Positions 47,264 to 56,274 of a DNA stretch of 64,000 nt are shown here, piece by piece. The stretch is taken from IMG/VR virus record IMGVR_UViG_3300011008_000043, positions 1-64,000 of that record; one strand, written 5' to 3'. Origin of the DNA: a virus (taxonomy: Duplodnaviria; Caudoviricetes). A program made the translations under genes and the position numbers. How positions within the stretch are numbered: the first letter of the stretch is position 1; each line of letters opens with the position of its first letter. Below the pieces are notes generated by a model, which ran no database searches, was not told the origin of the DNA, and saw nothing but the letters and a program-made list of their open reading frames with translations.

Positions 47264-48023
47264 CAGGGTAAACAGACAGACAACGCTGGATTACCTGTCA
47301 AAGATGGGAGTGCCGAAAGAGAAAATTTGGATATTCACGCAAACGGAGAAAGACCTGAAGGAATACAACGCGGCGCACGGAGACAGGGCAAACATAGTCA
47401 TGGTACCGGCGACACGCGGAGTCACGGCCCGGAACAACATCCTCAACTGGCTGAAAGACGAAAATATCCTGATGATGGATGACGACGTGAAGATGATTCA
47501 CTACATGAAGGACGGAGGGCTGGTCGGATTCGAGAAGAGAATCGACCTCGCATTCGCATTCAACAGGTGTTTTGACCAGACGCGGAACCTGCGGACAAAC
47601 ATTTTCGGAATATACCCGGTCGCCAATGCCTTCTTCATGTCGGACGATGTAAGTACAAGGGTCACGGTCAACACGATATTCGGGTTCGCCCGGAATTTCC
47701 CACAGAGGTTTGACGAACGATACGAGACGAAAGAAGACGCGGAGCTGTGCGGACGGATGCTGCGGCATGGATGTCGCGTAGCGCGGTTCAACAATCTGGC
47801 GGTGACGGCAGACCATAACAAAGACAAAAACGGGTACAGGGAGAAATGGCATCAGGACGAAAACCTGCGGTCGGTCAAAATCCTGTGCAAGGTTTACCCG
47901 GAAATTTTCGCCCCGAAAAAAGGCCAGCCGTGGGAAGTAAGGGTGAAGATCAGGGATGAAAAGTTCCAGAGCATCCCATTCAAGAGCATTCAGGCTCCAC
48001 AGAAAGCGGTGAGCGGGGGATGA
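47229..48023 (+). CDS. GT-A fold transferase (GREB1/TET-associated glycosyltransferase-like)
   Basis: 'AIPSYNR', 'RNNIL', 'MMDDDV', 'KEDAEL...L..G..V.RFN'. Confidence 0.72.
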   Translation: MEKYVYAIPSYNRVNRQTTLDYLSKMGVPKEKIWIFTQTEKDLKEYNAAHGDRANIVMVPATRGVTARNNILNWLKDENILMMDDDVKMIHYMKDGGLVGFEKRIDLAFAFNRCFDQTRNLRTNIFGIYPVANAFFMSDDVSTRVTVNTIFGFARNFPQRFDERYETKEDAELCGRMLRHGCRVARFNNLAVTADHNKDKNGYREKWHQDENLRSVKILCKVYPEIFAPKKGQPWEVRVKIRDEKFQSIPFKSIQAPQKAVSGG

Positions 48024-48943
48024 AGAAAGCCTATTACCCGTTTTGCATACAGATCGAACTCGTTCAAGGATGCAACCGGGATTGTGAATTCTGCGCGACA
48101 CGCGGACTGGAAAAGAAATTCTATTACGCAAGCGCAGAAACACTCGCACACACTGCCAGACTGCTACAGAATTTCGGATACAAGGGCAGGATACTACTGG
48201 CGATGCACGGAGAGCCAACGCTACATCCGCACGTAGCGGAGTGCATAGAGATTTTGCGGAGAAGATTACCGGACGTTCTCATGGTGATGTTTACGAACGG
48301 GATTATGGTACTGAGAAAGCCGGAACTGCTCGAAAAGATGTTCAAGGCAGGACTGGATACGATCATGTTCGATGAATATACAGACAGCCTGATCGGGGAG
48401 CAGGTCATGAAAATTCCGGGAATCCAGCGGCACAAGGTAGAAATACTCAAACCCGGAGTGCATATCTTTGAGCGCAGCGGCAGAAAGAGGGTGCTTATAG
48501 CCCCTCCGATCGACGGAAAATTCGAAGTAATGAGCCGGAAGCTGAACAATCATGCTGGAGTCGGAATGAAGCCAACGGCAGAACCGCTCAAAAAGCCATG
48601 CAGCGAAATCTTCCGGGATTTCGCAGTGCGATGGGACGGCGGGATTGCATTATGCTGTAACGATTTTCGCGGAGAATACCCGGTAACAAACATCATGAAG
48701 TGCAAAACCTTTGAGCAGGCGTACTACCACCCACGGATAGAAGCGGCGCGAAGGCGGCTGATGCAGAAAGACAGGGCTTTCAATCCGTGTGCGAAATGCA
48801 GCTCGCTACCGATACGGCCCGGACTTTTACCAGATAAGGCAGGACAGATGAAGATGCCGCTACCGACAGAAGAGGATATCAGAATAACGGAGGAAAAACA
48901 TGAACCGATGGCGGTAATCAGAAAAAGAGAATGGGAGAAATAA
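48020..48943 (+). CDS. Radical SAM protein with a C-terminal SPASM/twitch domain
   Basis: 'GCNRDCEFC' (CxxxCxxC), 'GEPTLHP', 'FTNG', 'C...F....VRWDG..ALCCND', 'CAKC'. Confidence 0.9.
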   Translation: MKKAYYPFCIQIELVQGCNRDCEFCATRGLEKKFYYASAETLAHTARLLQNFGYKGRILLAMHGEPTLHPHVAECIEILRRRLPDVLMVMFTNGIMVLRKPELLEKMFKAGLDTIMFDEYTDSLIGEQVMKIPGIQRHKVEILKPGVHIFERSGRKRVLIAPPIDGKFEVMSRKLNNHAGVGMKPTAEPLKKPCSEIFRDFAVRWDGGIALCCNDFRGEYPVTNIMKCKTFEQAYYHPRIEAARRRLMQKDRAFNPCAKCSSLPIRPGLLPDKAGQMKMPLPTEEDIRITEEKHEPMAVIRKREWEK

Positions 48944-49071
48944 CCATGCAAGGTCAGATAAAGCACGATTACGGTTCGCCGCGATGGTCAAACGAAATAG
49001 CGGACTGTTCCCTACCGATGACGTTTGACACGTACTCAAACTGCTCGTTTGGGTGCGTGTATTGCTTTAGC

Positions 49072-50837
49072 CACGATCATTTGACTTTTTGCACATATGA
49101 AAATGCATAGTTTTGGTCTCAGATGTCATATCTGGTATTGATTCTTGAAAATACCTCAACAATTTGTAGATTTAACGCCATTTTTTCTTTGAAAATGGTT
49201 GACTTTTTCGTTCGTCTCTGTTAAAATATGCACATATGAAACGTGCTAAATGCACATATGCAAAGGAGACGTACGATGGGCCGCAAATCCTCAATCCCAG
49301 AAGAGATTCTGCAGTACAGACCATGTAAGTGTGTTCGCCTCAGAAATGATGGAAATGGTGTTTACCGTGTGTATAGATACAGCGCCGTTCAGCTTCCAAA
49401 CGGTGAATGGAGTAACGACTGGGGGCAGCTTATTGGAAAGATTGTTGAGAACGAGGGATTCTTTCCAAACAAACGTTATCAGAAGGAACTCGAAGAGCAA
49501 AAGAGATTGCGATTCAGCGATGAGATCACAGATGTAGCATACGGGCAGTACGCTTTGCTTCAAGTGCTTTCTGTTGACGTCCTTGAAAAACTTCAAGAAT
49601 GCTTCCTTCCGGACCGCGCTACACAGATATATACATACAGCCTCATCCTATGCGCAGAAGGCTTTGTACATCTGGACCAGGTTGGTGAGTTTTATATGGA
49701 AAGCATCATGTCGATCCAGTACAGGAACTATTCATTCAAGATGGGATATGATGCACTGACCAATCTTCTTCACGATCTTGGAATGCGGGGAAATCCTGTA
49801 CAGAAGTTTGAGCAAAGTCTTATTGACAATTGCTCTGGGAAAGTAGCAATAGATGGTCATGTCATTGCTTCCGGCTCCTTACTCAATGATCTTGCAGAGT
49901 TGGGTTACAAGGCAAACGAGCTAAAATCCGGGCAGGTTAATTTGTTAATTGCTTATGATACAGAGAAGCGATCCCCCCTCATGTATCGTACATTCCGGGG
50001 ATCAAGTGTAGACAATCAGAGTGTCATAAACTTTCTGGAAAGCAGAAAGTTCAAGAATGTAAAGTTCGTTGTGGATCGCGGTTTCTTTTCTGATAAGGTT
50101 CTTGAGCTAATGTCCAAGGATGGTAACAGCTACATTATTCCCCTGAAGAGTACCAACAAAGACTGGAAAAGAATCAAAAAGACTCTTGCTTATACATCCG
50201 GCGAGTTCATATACAAACCAAACAGCAAGGAAACAGCTCGTATCGTATACTATGAGGAAAAGATTAACGATAAGACACGTATCTTTGTTTTCATGGATGT
50301 TGATGAAAACAATTCGAAACGTAAGAACTATCAGCAGCTTATTGATCTTGAAGGTGGAAACTACACTAAGGAAAACTATGAAAAGTATTGTGACTGGTGG
50401 GGTGTGTATGTGTTACAGGATACTACAGGCCAACCGGCATGTCAGGTTTATTCTGATTATAAGGACAGATGGTCGATTGAAACATTCAACAACTACATAA
50501 AAAATGATGCTGGTTTTAAAAACTTGAAGTTTCAGGACTATTACTGTGAACATGGATTTGATTTCATCATGCTCGTAACTGGACTGATTCATTCACGACT
50601 GAATGAAGCTGTAAAAGCATTGAACAGATCAAGTATATCTACATTTGATATCTTGATCAAATCTGGACATATGAGGATGGTTTATGAAGATGAGCAATGG
50701 AAGCTGCATAATACCAGGATGAAAGACATCGAGTTATTCAAGGAAATGGGATTTACTCCTGAGCTACAATACATTCCAGCAGCGACGATAACGCATTGAT
50801 TTTACTGTTCATATGTGCAGAAAACCCAATGATTGTG
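49072..50837 (+). mobile_element. Insertion sequence, 1766 bp, IS4/IS1634-like
   Basis: Imperfect ~30-bp terminal inverted repeats (CACGATCATTTGACTTTTTGCACATATGAA / reverse complement CACAATCATTGGGTTTTCTGCACATATGAA). 6-bp target duplication TTTAGC at 49066-49071 and 50838-50843. Visibly more AT-rich than the phage. Confidence 0.92.
49243..50799 (+). CDS. DDE transposase (IS4/IS1634-like); actual start may be the ATG at about 49276
   Basis: 'VAIDG', 'VVDRGF', 'YIIPLK', 'YKDRWSIETF...K' (YREK-like) motifs. Confidence 0.88.
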   Translation: MLNAHMQRRRTMGRKSSIPEEILQYRPCKCVRLRNDGNGVYRVYRYSAVQLPNGEWSNDWGQLIGKIVENEGFFPNKRYQKELEEQKRLRFSDEITDVAYGQYALLQVLSVDVLEKLQECFLPDRATQIYTYSLILCAEGFVHLDQVGEFYMESIMSIQYRNYSFKMGYDALTNLLHDLGMRGNPVQKFEQSLIDNCSGKVAIDGHVIASGSLLNDLAELGYKANELKSGQVNLLIAYDTEKRSPLMYRTFRGSSVDNQSVINFLESRKFKNVKFVVDRGFFSDKVLELMSKDGNSYIIPLKSTNKDWKRIKKTLAYTSGEFIYKPNSKETARIVYYEEKINDKTRIFVFMDVDENNSKRKNYQQLIDLEGGNYTKENYEKYCDWWGVYVLQDTTGQPACQVYSDYKDRWSIETFNNYIKNDAGFKNLKFQDYYCEHGFDFIMLVTGLIHSRLNEAVKALNRSSISTFDILIKSGHMRMVYEDEQWKLHNTRMKDIELFKEMGFTPELQYIPAATITH

Positions 50838-52244
50838 TTTAGCCAGTACCAGCGGGCTATAGGCGGCGAAAAGAAGCGGCAGGAATACCTGAACAAGGTA
50901 GTACGGAGCGTGAACCCGGAAAAGATCAAGAAGCTGTTTTCGCTGGAGAGGGAAAGCCAATTCAACGAATGGATACGGCAGCGCAGGCCCATCCAGTGGG
51001 GAGGCCTGAGCGATCAGTTTGACGGATTTGAGAAGAAGTACGGAATCACGCTGGAAATCATGAAATTCCTGCGGCAGATGAATTACCCGATATGCTTCAG
51101 CACGAAAAGCGCGTGGGTATTCCACGACGAACGGTACACAAGGGTGTTCGAGGGCGCGGACAACTGGAACATGAAATTCAGCATTATCACGCTGGATGAA
51201 CAGAAGGCCGCGAAGATCGAACAAGGCGTACCTAGTCCGAAGGCGCGGCTGGAAGCGATGAAAATCTATTCCCAGCTCAATAAGGGCGAAAGTACGTTAC
51301 GCCTGAGGCCGTTCATAATCGGAGTGAGCAGCAAAGACTACAAAGATCTGATCGTCGCGGCGCACGATGCAGGCGCGACGGCGGTAACAACGGAGTTCTT
51401 CTGCCTCGAAGCGCGAAGCGTGGTGGCGCGGAAGAATTACGAGATCATCAGCGAATGCGCAGGATTCGATATCTTTGATTTTTACAAAAAGTACAGCAAC
51501 GGGAGCGGCTACCTGAGGCTGAACAGGAAAGTCAAAGAGAAGTACATCCGGGAAATGGACGAACTGTGCCGAAAACTCGGGATGCGGTACTACGTGAGTG
51601 ACGCGCATTACAAAGAGGCCTGCACAGGAAGTTGCTGCTGCGGATTACCGGAAGACCCACGGTACAATTACAGCAGAGGGAATTTCAGCTACGCGCTGCA
51701 ACAGTGCAAAAAGAACGGGCGAGTGACCTTTGCGGAGATCGACGCGGACATGGGGCATCTGAATTTCCCATACAGGGACGCGGAAGGCTTCAACACGATT
51801 AGCGTGGAGCATAGAGCGAAGTTCACGTATATGACAATGCGGGACTATCTGAGATACCTGTGGAACAACCCGTACGCCGGACAAAGCCCGTACACGCTGT
51901 TCGGTGGAGTGATGAAACCGGCAGGAAAAGACGCAAACGGCGACATCATATACGAGTACGACAGCACAAAGACGTATATAAGCCCGTGTGAAAGATGCCA
52001 CCTGAACGGATGAGAGCAGGAATCGTAGAGAATGCGTCCTGAATAAGCCTGAGATTAGCTTAAAGGACGTTGACGGGAAAACCTACGCTCGGACAGAAGG
52101 AACGCGTTAAATGCGGCGTTAAACGCGAAAGAGAAGCAAGTTACGACCGACTATATATTATATTATATATAGATATACCCTACCGTAATAATAATAAAAG
52201 AGGAATTATATAAAAAGAAACAGAGAAACGGAGGTAAAAGTCAG

Positions 52245-52892
52245 ATGGCGGTCAAGAAAAAACCAACGGGAGACAAAAACAGCAGGCTCGAAATTGTGAT
52301 GAAGAAGGTCAGCGACATCACACCATACGAGAACAACCCACGGAAAAATGAAGCGACGGCACTGAAGCTGAAGAAAGCCATAGAGGCATTCGGATTCAAG
52401 AACCCGATCATCATTGACCACGACAACGTGATTGTTTCGGGACACGCGAGACTGAAAGCAGCACAGATGCTCGGAATGGAAGAGGTTCCATGCACATACG
52501 CGGAAGGCCTGACAGAGGATGAGATACGCGGATTTCGGATTGCGGACAATAAGACAGCAGAGATCGCCGGATGGAATTACGACAAGCTGGTGGAGGAAAT
52601 GACCGCGCTGTCCGAAGTCGGATTCGATCTGGATTTTTCAGGATTCAATGAGGCAGAACAGCTCTTCTATTCGGAGAGAGACATTACACCGGACAAACCG
52701 GACAAAGAGGAATTCAAAGAGTACAGAGACGATGCAGAAGCCACGACAATCAAGGCATTCAACGTCGCAATCGTATGCGAAAGCCGCGAAGACAGAGAAT
52801 GGCTGGCGGGCCTTATCCATGAGACGAAACGCCTGAAACGCTTCTATCTGGGCGCTGAATTGCGGGCCATGGCGCAGGCAGCGACGGCCTGA
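52245..52892 (+). CDS. Second ParB/Srx N-terminal domain protein
   Basis: 'ITPYENNPRKN', 'FGFKNPIIID....VSGHARLKAA', 'FRIADNKT'. Confidence 0.88.
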   Translation: MAVKKKPTGDKNSRLEIVMKKVSDITPYENNPRKNEATALKLKKAIEAFGFKNPIIIDHDNVIVSGHARLKAAQMLGMEEVPCTYAEGLTEDEIRGFRIADNKTAEIAGWNYDKLVEEMTALSEVGFDLDFSGFNEAEQLFYSERDITPDKPDKEEFKEYRDDAEATTIKAFNVAIVCESREDREWLAGLIHETKRLKRFYLGAELRAMAQAATA

Positions 52893-52914
52893 GCGGCAGA
52901 AATGAGGCGGTGAA

Positions 52915-53418
52915 ATGGCAAACGAGCAGAATCTGATACCGTTCACCTCCGATCAAAGCCGAGAAGAAGCCAAGAAGAACGGCAGGAAGGGCGGCATCGC
53001 CAGCGGAGCCGCCAGACGGGCAAAGAGAGAAGCGAGAGAGACAGCGAAGCGGATACTGTCCTACAAGCCGGAAATCCCACGAGAGCTGCTGACGACGTTA
53101 CAGCGGATGGGAATGAGCAAGCGGAAGATGAACCCGGATATGAGAGAGATTATCACGCTTGCCATTGCACAGAAGGGCATGAAGGGCGACGTGAAGAGCT
53201 ACCAATTCCTCGTGGAGCTGGCAGGCGAAACGGCAGAGGCAGAAATGTTAGAGGCAAGAGCAGAAGAGGTTGCCCGTCGTAGCGGAATGGAGGATGAACA
53301 GAATGAAGAAGTTTTGATGGATGCGGACGGCATCCGGCAGCGCATGAGCGAAATGACGGATGAAGAGCTGGAGCAGTACGAAAAGCTGTGCATGAAGTTC
53401 GGAGGCGAAAGCCAATGA
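52915..53418 (+). CDS. Terminase small subunit
   Basis: 'ANEQNLIPF...EAKKNGRKGGIASG' motif, 'AMKGDVK'-like segment; directly upstream of the large subunit. Confidence 0.75.
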   Translation: MANEQNLIPFTSDQSREEAKKNGRKGGIASGAARRAKREARETAKRILSYKPEIPRELLTTLQRMGMSKRKMNPDMREIITLAIAQKGMKGDVKSYQFLVELAGETAEAEMLEARAEEVARRSGMEDEQNEEVLMDADGIRQRMSEMTDEELEQYEKLCMKFGGESQ

Positions 53419-54857
53419 GCGAAATTAGAATGGCAGGACGGCTCCCAATAGCAACCCCGGCAGACTTCCAACAGGAATGGGCGCGGAGACGGTTCGTCAA
53501 TTACTGCCAATACGTCCATCACGGCGCATGGATACCGGGAAGACACCACAGGCTGGTGTGCGAAAAGCTTGATGCGGTGGTCAGGGGGGAAATCAAGAAC
53601 CTGATGGTATGGATGCCCCCGCAGCACGGGAAGAGCATGTGCATCACAGAAACCTTTCCCAGCTACTACCTCGGACGGTTCCCGGACAGGCGGGTGATGG
53701 AGGTCAGCTACAATGACAATTTTGCGCAGAAGTTCGGGAGAAAGAACCGGGAAAAAGTCGAAGAGTTTGGCAGCAGACTTTGGAACATCGGCATTTCCCA
53801 GATAAACCACAGCGCAAGCAACTGGGACTTAGACCGGCGCAGAGGCGGCATGATCTCGGTAGGCTTCGGCGGTGCGGCAACCGGCGAAGGCTCCGACCTG
53901 ATGATTATCGACGACCCGATTAAAAACAGGCAGGAAGCGGACAGCAAGACGATGCGCGACAGGGTATGGGATGAATATACCAGCACATTCTCAACCCGTG
54001 TTCATCCCGGAAGCCCGGTCATTATCGTGATGACCCGATGGCACGAGGATGACCTGTGCGGACGGCTACTGCGAGGGGAATATGGCCCGGTGCTGGATTG
54101 GGACATAGTAAAGCTACCAGCAGTCGCAGAAGACGAAAACGACCTGTTGGGCCGGAAAGAGGGCGAAAGCCTGTGGCCCGAAAACGGGTACGATGAAGAA
54201 TGGCTGGATATGCAGAAGGGCAAAGTCGGCAGCTACGCATTTGCCGGACTGTATCAGCAGAGGCCAGCACCGGCAGAAGGTGGAATCCTGAAGCGGAGCT
54301 GGTTCCAGTTCTACGACAAGCTGCCGGAATCCGGCACTCAAGTGCAGAGTTGGGACTGTACGTTCAAAGACGGAGATAATCACGACTTTGTAGCGGGCCA
54401 CGTGTGGCAAAGAACCGGCGCGAATTACTACCTTGTGGACAGAGTACATGACCACATGGGAATCAGCGACACGATGCGAAGCATTAGAACATTGACGGCG
54501 AAGCATCCGAGGGCGCGAGCGAAGCTCGTGGAAGACAAGGCCAATGGAACGGCGGTCATAGAGCTGCTGAAAAAAGAGATTTCCGGCCTGATACCAATAG
54601 ACCCGCAAGGCGGGAAAGTGGTACGGGCGCAGGCAATCGCACCATACGCTGAGGCGGGAAACATCTTCCTGCCTAACCCACGGATGGCTCCGTGGATACA
54701 CGACTTTTTGGAGGAATGCGCAGCTTTTCCGAATGCGGCGCACGACGACGACGTGGACGCGATGACGCAAGCGATTAACTACATGAGCGCGGGAAACAAC
54801 ACAAGCCTGCCTCCGAGGAATTACGGAGCAGACCGCGTAAGCCCGTGGACAAGGTGA
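53415..54857 (+). CDS. Terminase large subunit
   Basis: 'MPPQHGKS' Walker A, 'IIDDPIK', 'MTRWHEDDL', 'SWD', 'VEDKANG', 'HDDDVDAMTQ'. Confidence 0.95.
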   Translation: MSEIRMAGRLPIATPADFQQEWARRRFVNYCQYVHHGAWIPGRHHRLVCEKLDAVVRGEIKNLMVWMPPQHGKSMCITETFPSYYLGRFPDRRVMEVSYNDNFAQKFGRKNREKVEEFGSRLWNIGISQINHSASNWDLDRRRGGMISVGFGGAATGEGSDLMIIDDPIKNRQEADSKTMRDRVWDEYTSTFSTRVHPGSPVIIVMTRWHEDDLCGRLLRGEYGPVLDWDIVKLPAVAEDENDLLGRKEGESLWPENGYDEEWLDMQKGKVGSYAFAGLYQQRPAPAEGGILKRSWFQFYDKLPESGTQVQSWDCTFKDGDNHDFVAGHVWQRTGANYYLVDRVHDHMGISDTMRSIRTLTAKHPRARAKLVEDKANGTAVIELLKKEISGLIPIDPQGGKVVRAQAIAPYAEAGNIFLPNPRMAPWIHDFLEECAAFPNAAHDDDVDAMTQAINYMSAGNNTSLPPRNYGADRVSPWTR

Positions 54858-54867
54858 GGGAGAGAGC

Positions 54868-56256
54868 ATGAAAGAATATGGCGCGATAGGACAGCGCAGG
54901 TACGCTGGGATTTTCGCAGAAGAATTCCTGAAAGAGCTGCAAGGCAAAAGAGGAATCGAGGTATTCCGGGAAATGAGCGAGAATGACGACGTGTGCGGCG
55001 CGATTCTGTACACCATCGAAATGCTCATCCGAAAAACCACATGGAGCATCCAGCCCGGAGGCGACGGAGCGAAGGATAAAGAATGCGCGGAGTTCGTTGA
55101 AAGCTGCATGAACGATATGCAGGACACATGGACGGACACGATAAGCGAGGTTCTTTCCTTCCTTGCGTTTGGGTGGAGCTACCACGAAATTGTGTATAAG
55201 CGGAGAACCGGAAACACGAACGACCCCCGGCAGAACAGCAAATACACAGACGGCCTGATCGGATGGCAGAAGCTCCCGATCAGAGCGCAGGAAACGCTAT
55301 TCCGGTGGGAATACGATGACAATGACAACCTGCTCGGAATGACCCAGCTCCCGCCTCCCCGGTATGTAATGGCGACTATCCCGATAGAAAAGGCGCTGCA
55401 CTTCAGGACAAAGAGCCGGAAGAATAACCCGGAAGGGCGAAGTATACTGAGAACAGCATACCGGGACTGGTACTTCAAGCGCAGGATTCAGGAAATCGAA
55501 GGAATGGGACTGGAACGCGACCTCGCCGGACTTCCCATTCTTACGCCCCCGGAAAACGTGGACATCTGGAACACGGATGACATGGCGATGCAGGAAGCAT
55601 TTGCACGGGCAGAAATGATCGTTCGAAACGTGAGGCGCGACGCGACGGAAGGACTCGTCCTTCCGAACGGCTGGACATTCCAGCTCCTTACGAGCGGCGG
55701 CAGAAGGCAGTTCGACACGAACCAGATCATCGAACGGTACGACACGCGAATCGCGATGAGTACGATGGCAGACTTCCTGCTGTTGGGGCATCAGGGCGTA
55801 GGCAGCTTCGCACTGAGCAGCGACAAGACGGAGCTGTTCAGCATCGCGCTGGAATCGTATCTCGATATCATCTGCGAGGTTTTCAACAATCAGGGAATCC
55901 CCCGGCTCATCGGAATGAACGCGGAGCATTTCAGAGGAATCACGGAATATCCGCAGCTCACACACGGGAACGTGGATGCGCCGAATCTGAAAGACCTTTC
56001 CACGTACATTAAAGAGCTGACCGGGTGCGGCGTGATTATGCCGGACGAGGCGTTGGAAGACTTTGTACGCGAGACGGGCAATCTCCCAGAGCGTCTGGAA
56101 GCGCAGCAGTTCGACCGGGAAGCGAGAGAACAGCAGCGGCGCGAACAGAAAGAACAGCAGACTGGCGGCAGGAAGCTGGACACGAAAGAGCTGGAAGATG
56201 AAGACGCGGAAGACGCGAAAGCAGCGGAGGCAGCAAAGCGCAGACTGGAAAGATAA
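54868..56256 (+). CDS. Portal protein
   Basis: Follows the terminase; 'NPEGRSILR..Y..WYFK', 'ERDLAGLP', 'FNNQGIPRL'. Confidence 0.85.
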   Translation: MKEYGAIGQRRYAGIFAEEFLKELQGKRGIEVFREMSENDDVCGAILYTIEMLIRKTTWSIQPGGDGAKDKECAEFVESCMNDMQDTWTDTISEVLSFLAFGWSYHEIVYKRRTGNTNDPRQNSKYTDGLIGWQKLPIRAQETLFRWEYDDNDNLLGMTQLPPPRYVMATIPIEKALHFRTKSRKNNPEGRSILRTAYRDWYFKRRIQEIEGMGLERDLAGLPILTPPENVDIWNTDDMAMQEAFARAEMIVRNVRRDATEGLVLPNGWTFQLLTSGGRRQFDTNQIIERYDTRIAMSTMADFLLLGHQGVGSFALSSDKTELFSIALESYLDIICEVFNNQGIPRLIGMNAEHFRGITEYPQLTHGNVDAPNLKDLSTYIKELTGCGVIMPDEALEDFVRETGNLPERLEAQQFDREAREQQRREQKEQQTGGRKLDTKELEDEDAEDAKAAEAAKRRLER

Positions 56257-56274
56257 ACAGAGGGGAGAAGTGGA

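Larger units (their letters stand above)
48946..52013 (+). pseudogene. Radical SAM (SplB/spore-photoproduct-lyase-like) gene split by an IS: 48946-49071 + 50844-52013, 431 aa when rejoined
   Basis: The first part ends ...NCSFGCVYCFS (CxxxCxxC). After removing the IS and one TTTAGC copy the frame continues QYQRAIGG... with 'GGLSDQFD', 'FSTK', 'TLRLRPFI.G'. Confidence 0.88.

Noticed and set aside
50796-52013. Independent 405-aa gene as given in the ORF track
   Set aside because: Its N-terminus is read from the IS right end. The true N-terminus with CxxxCxxC lies at 48946-49071.
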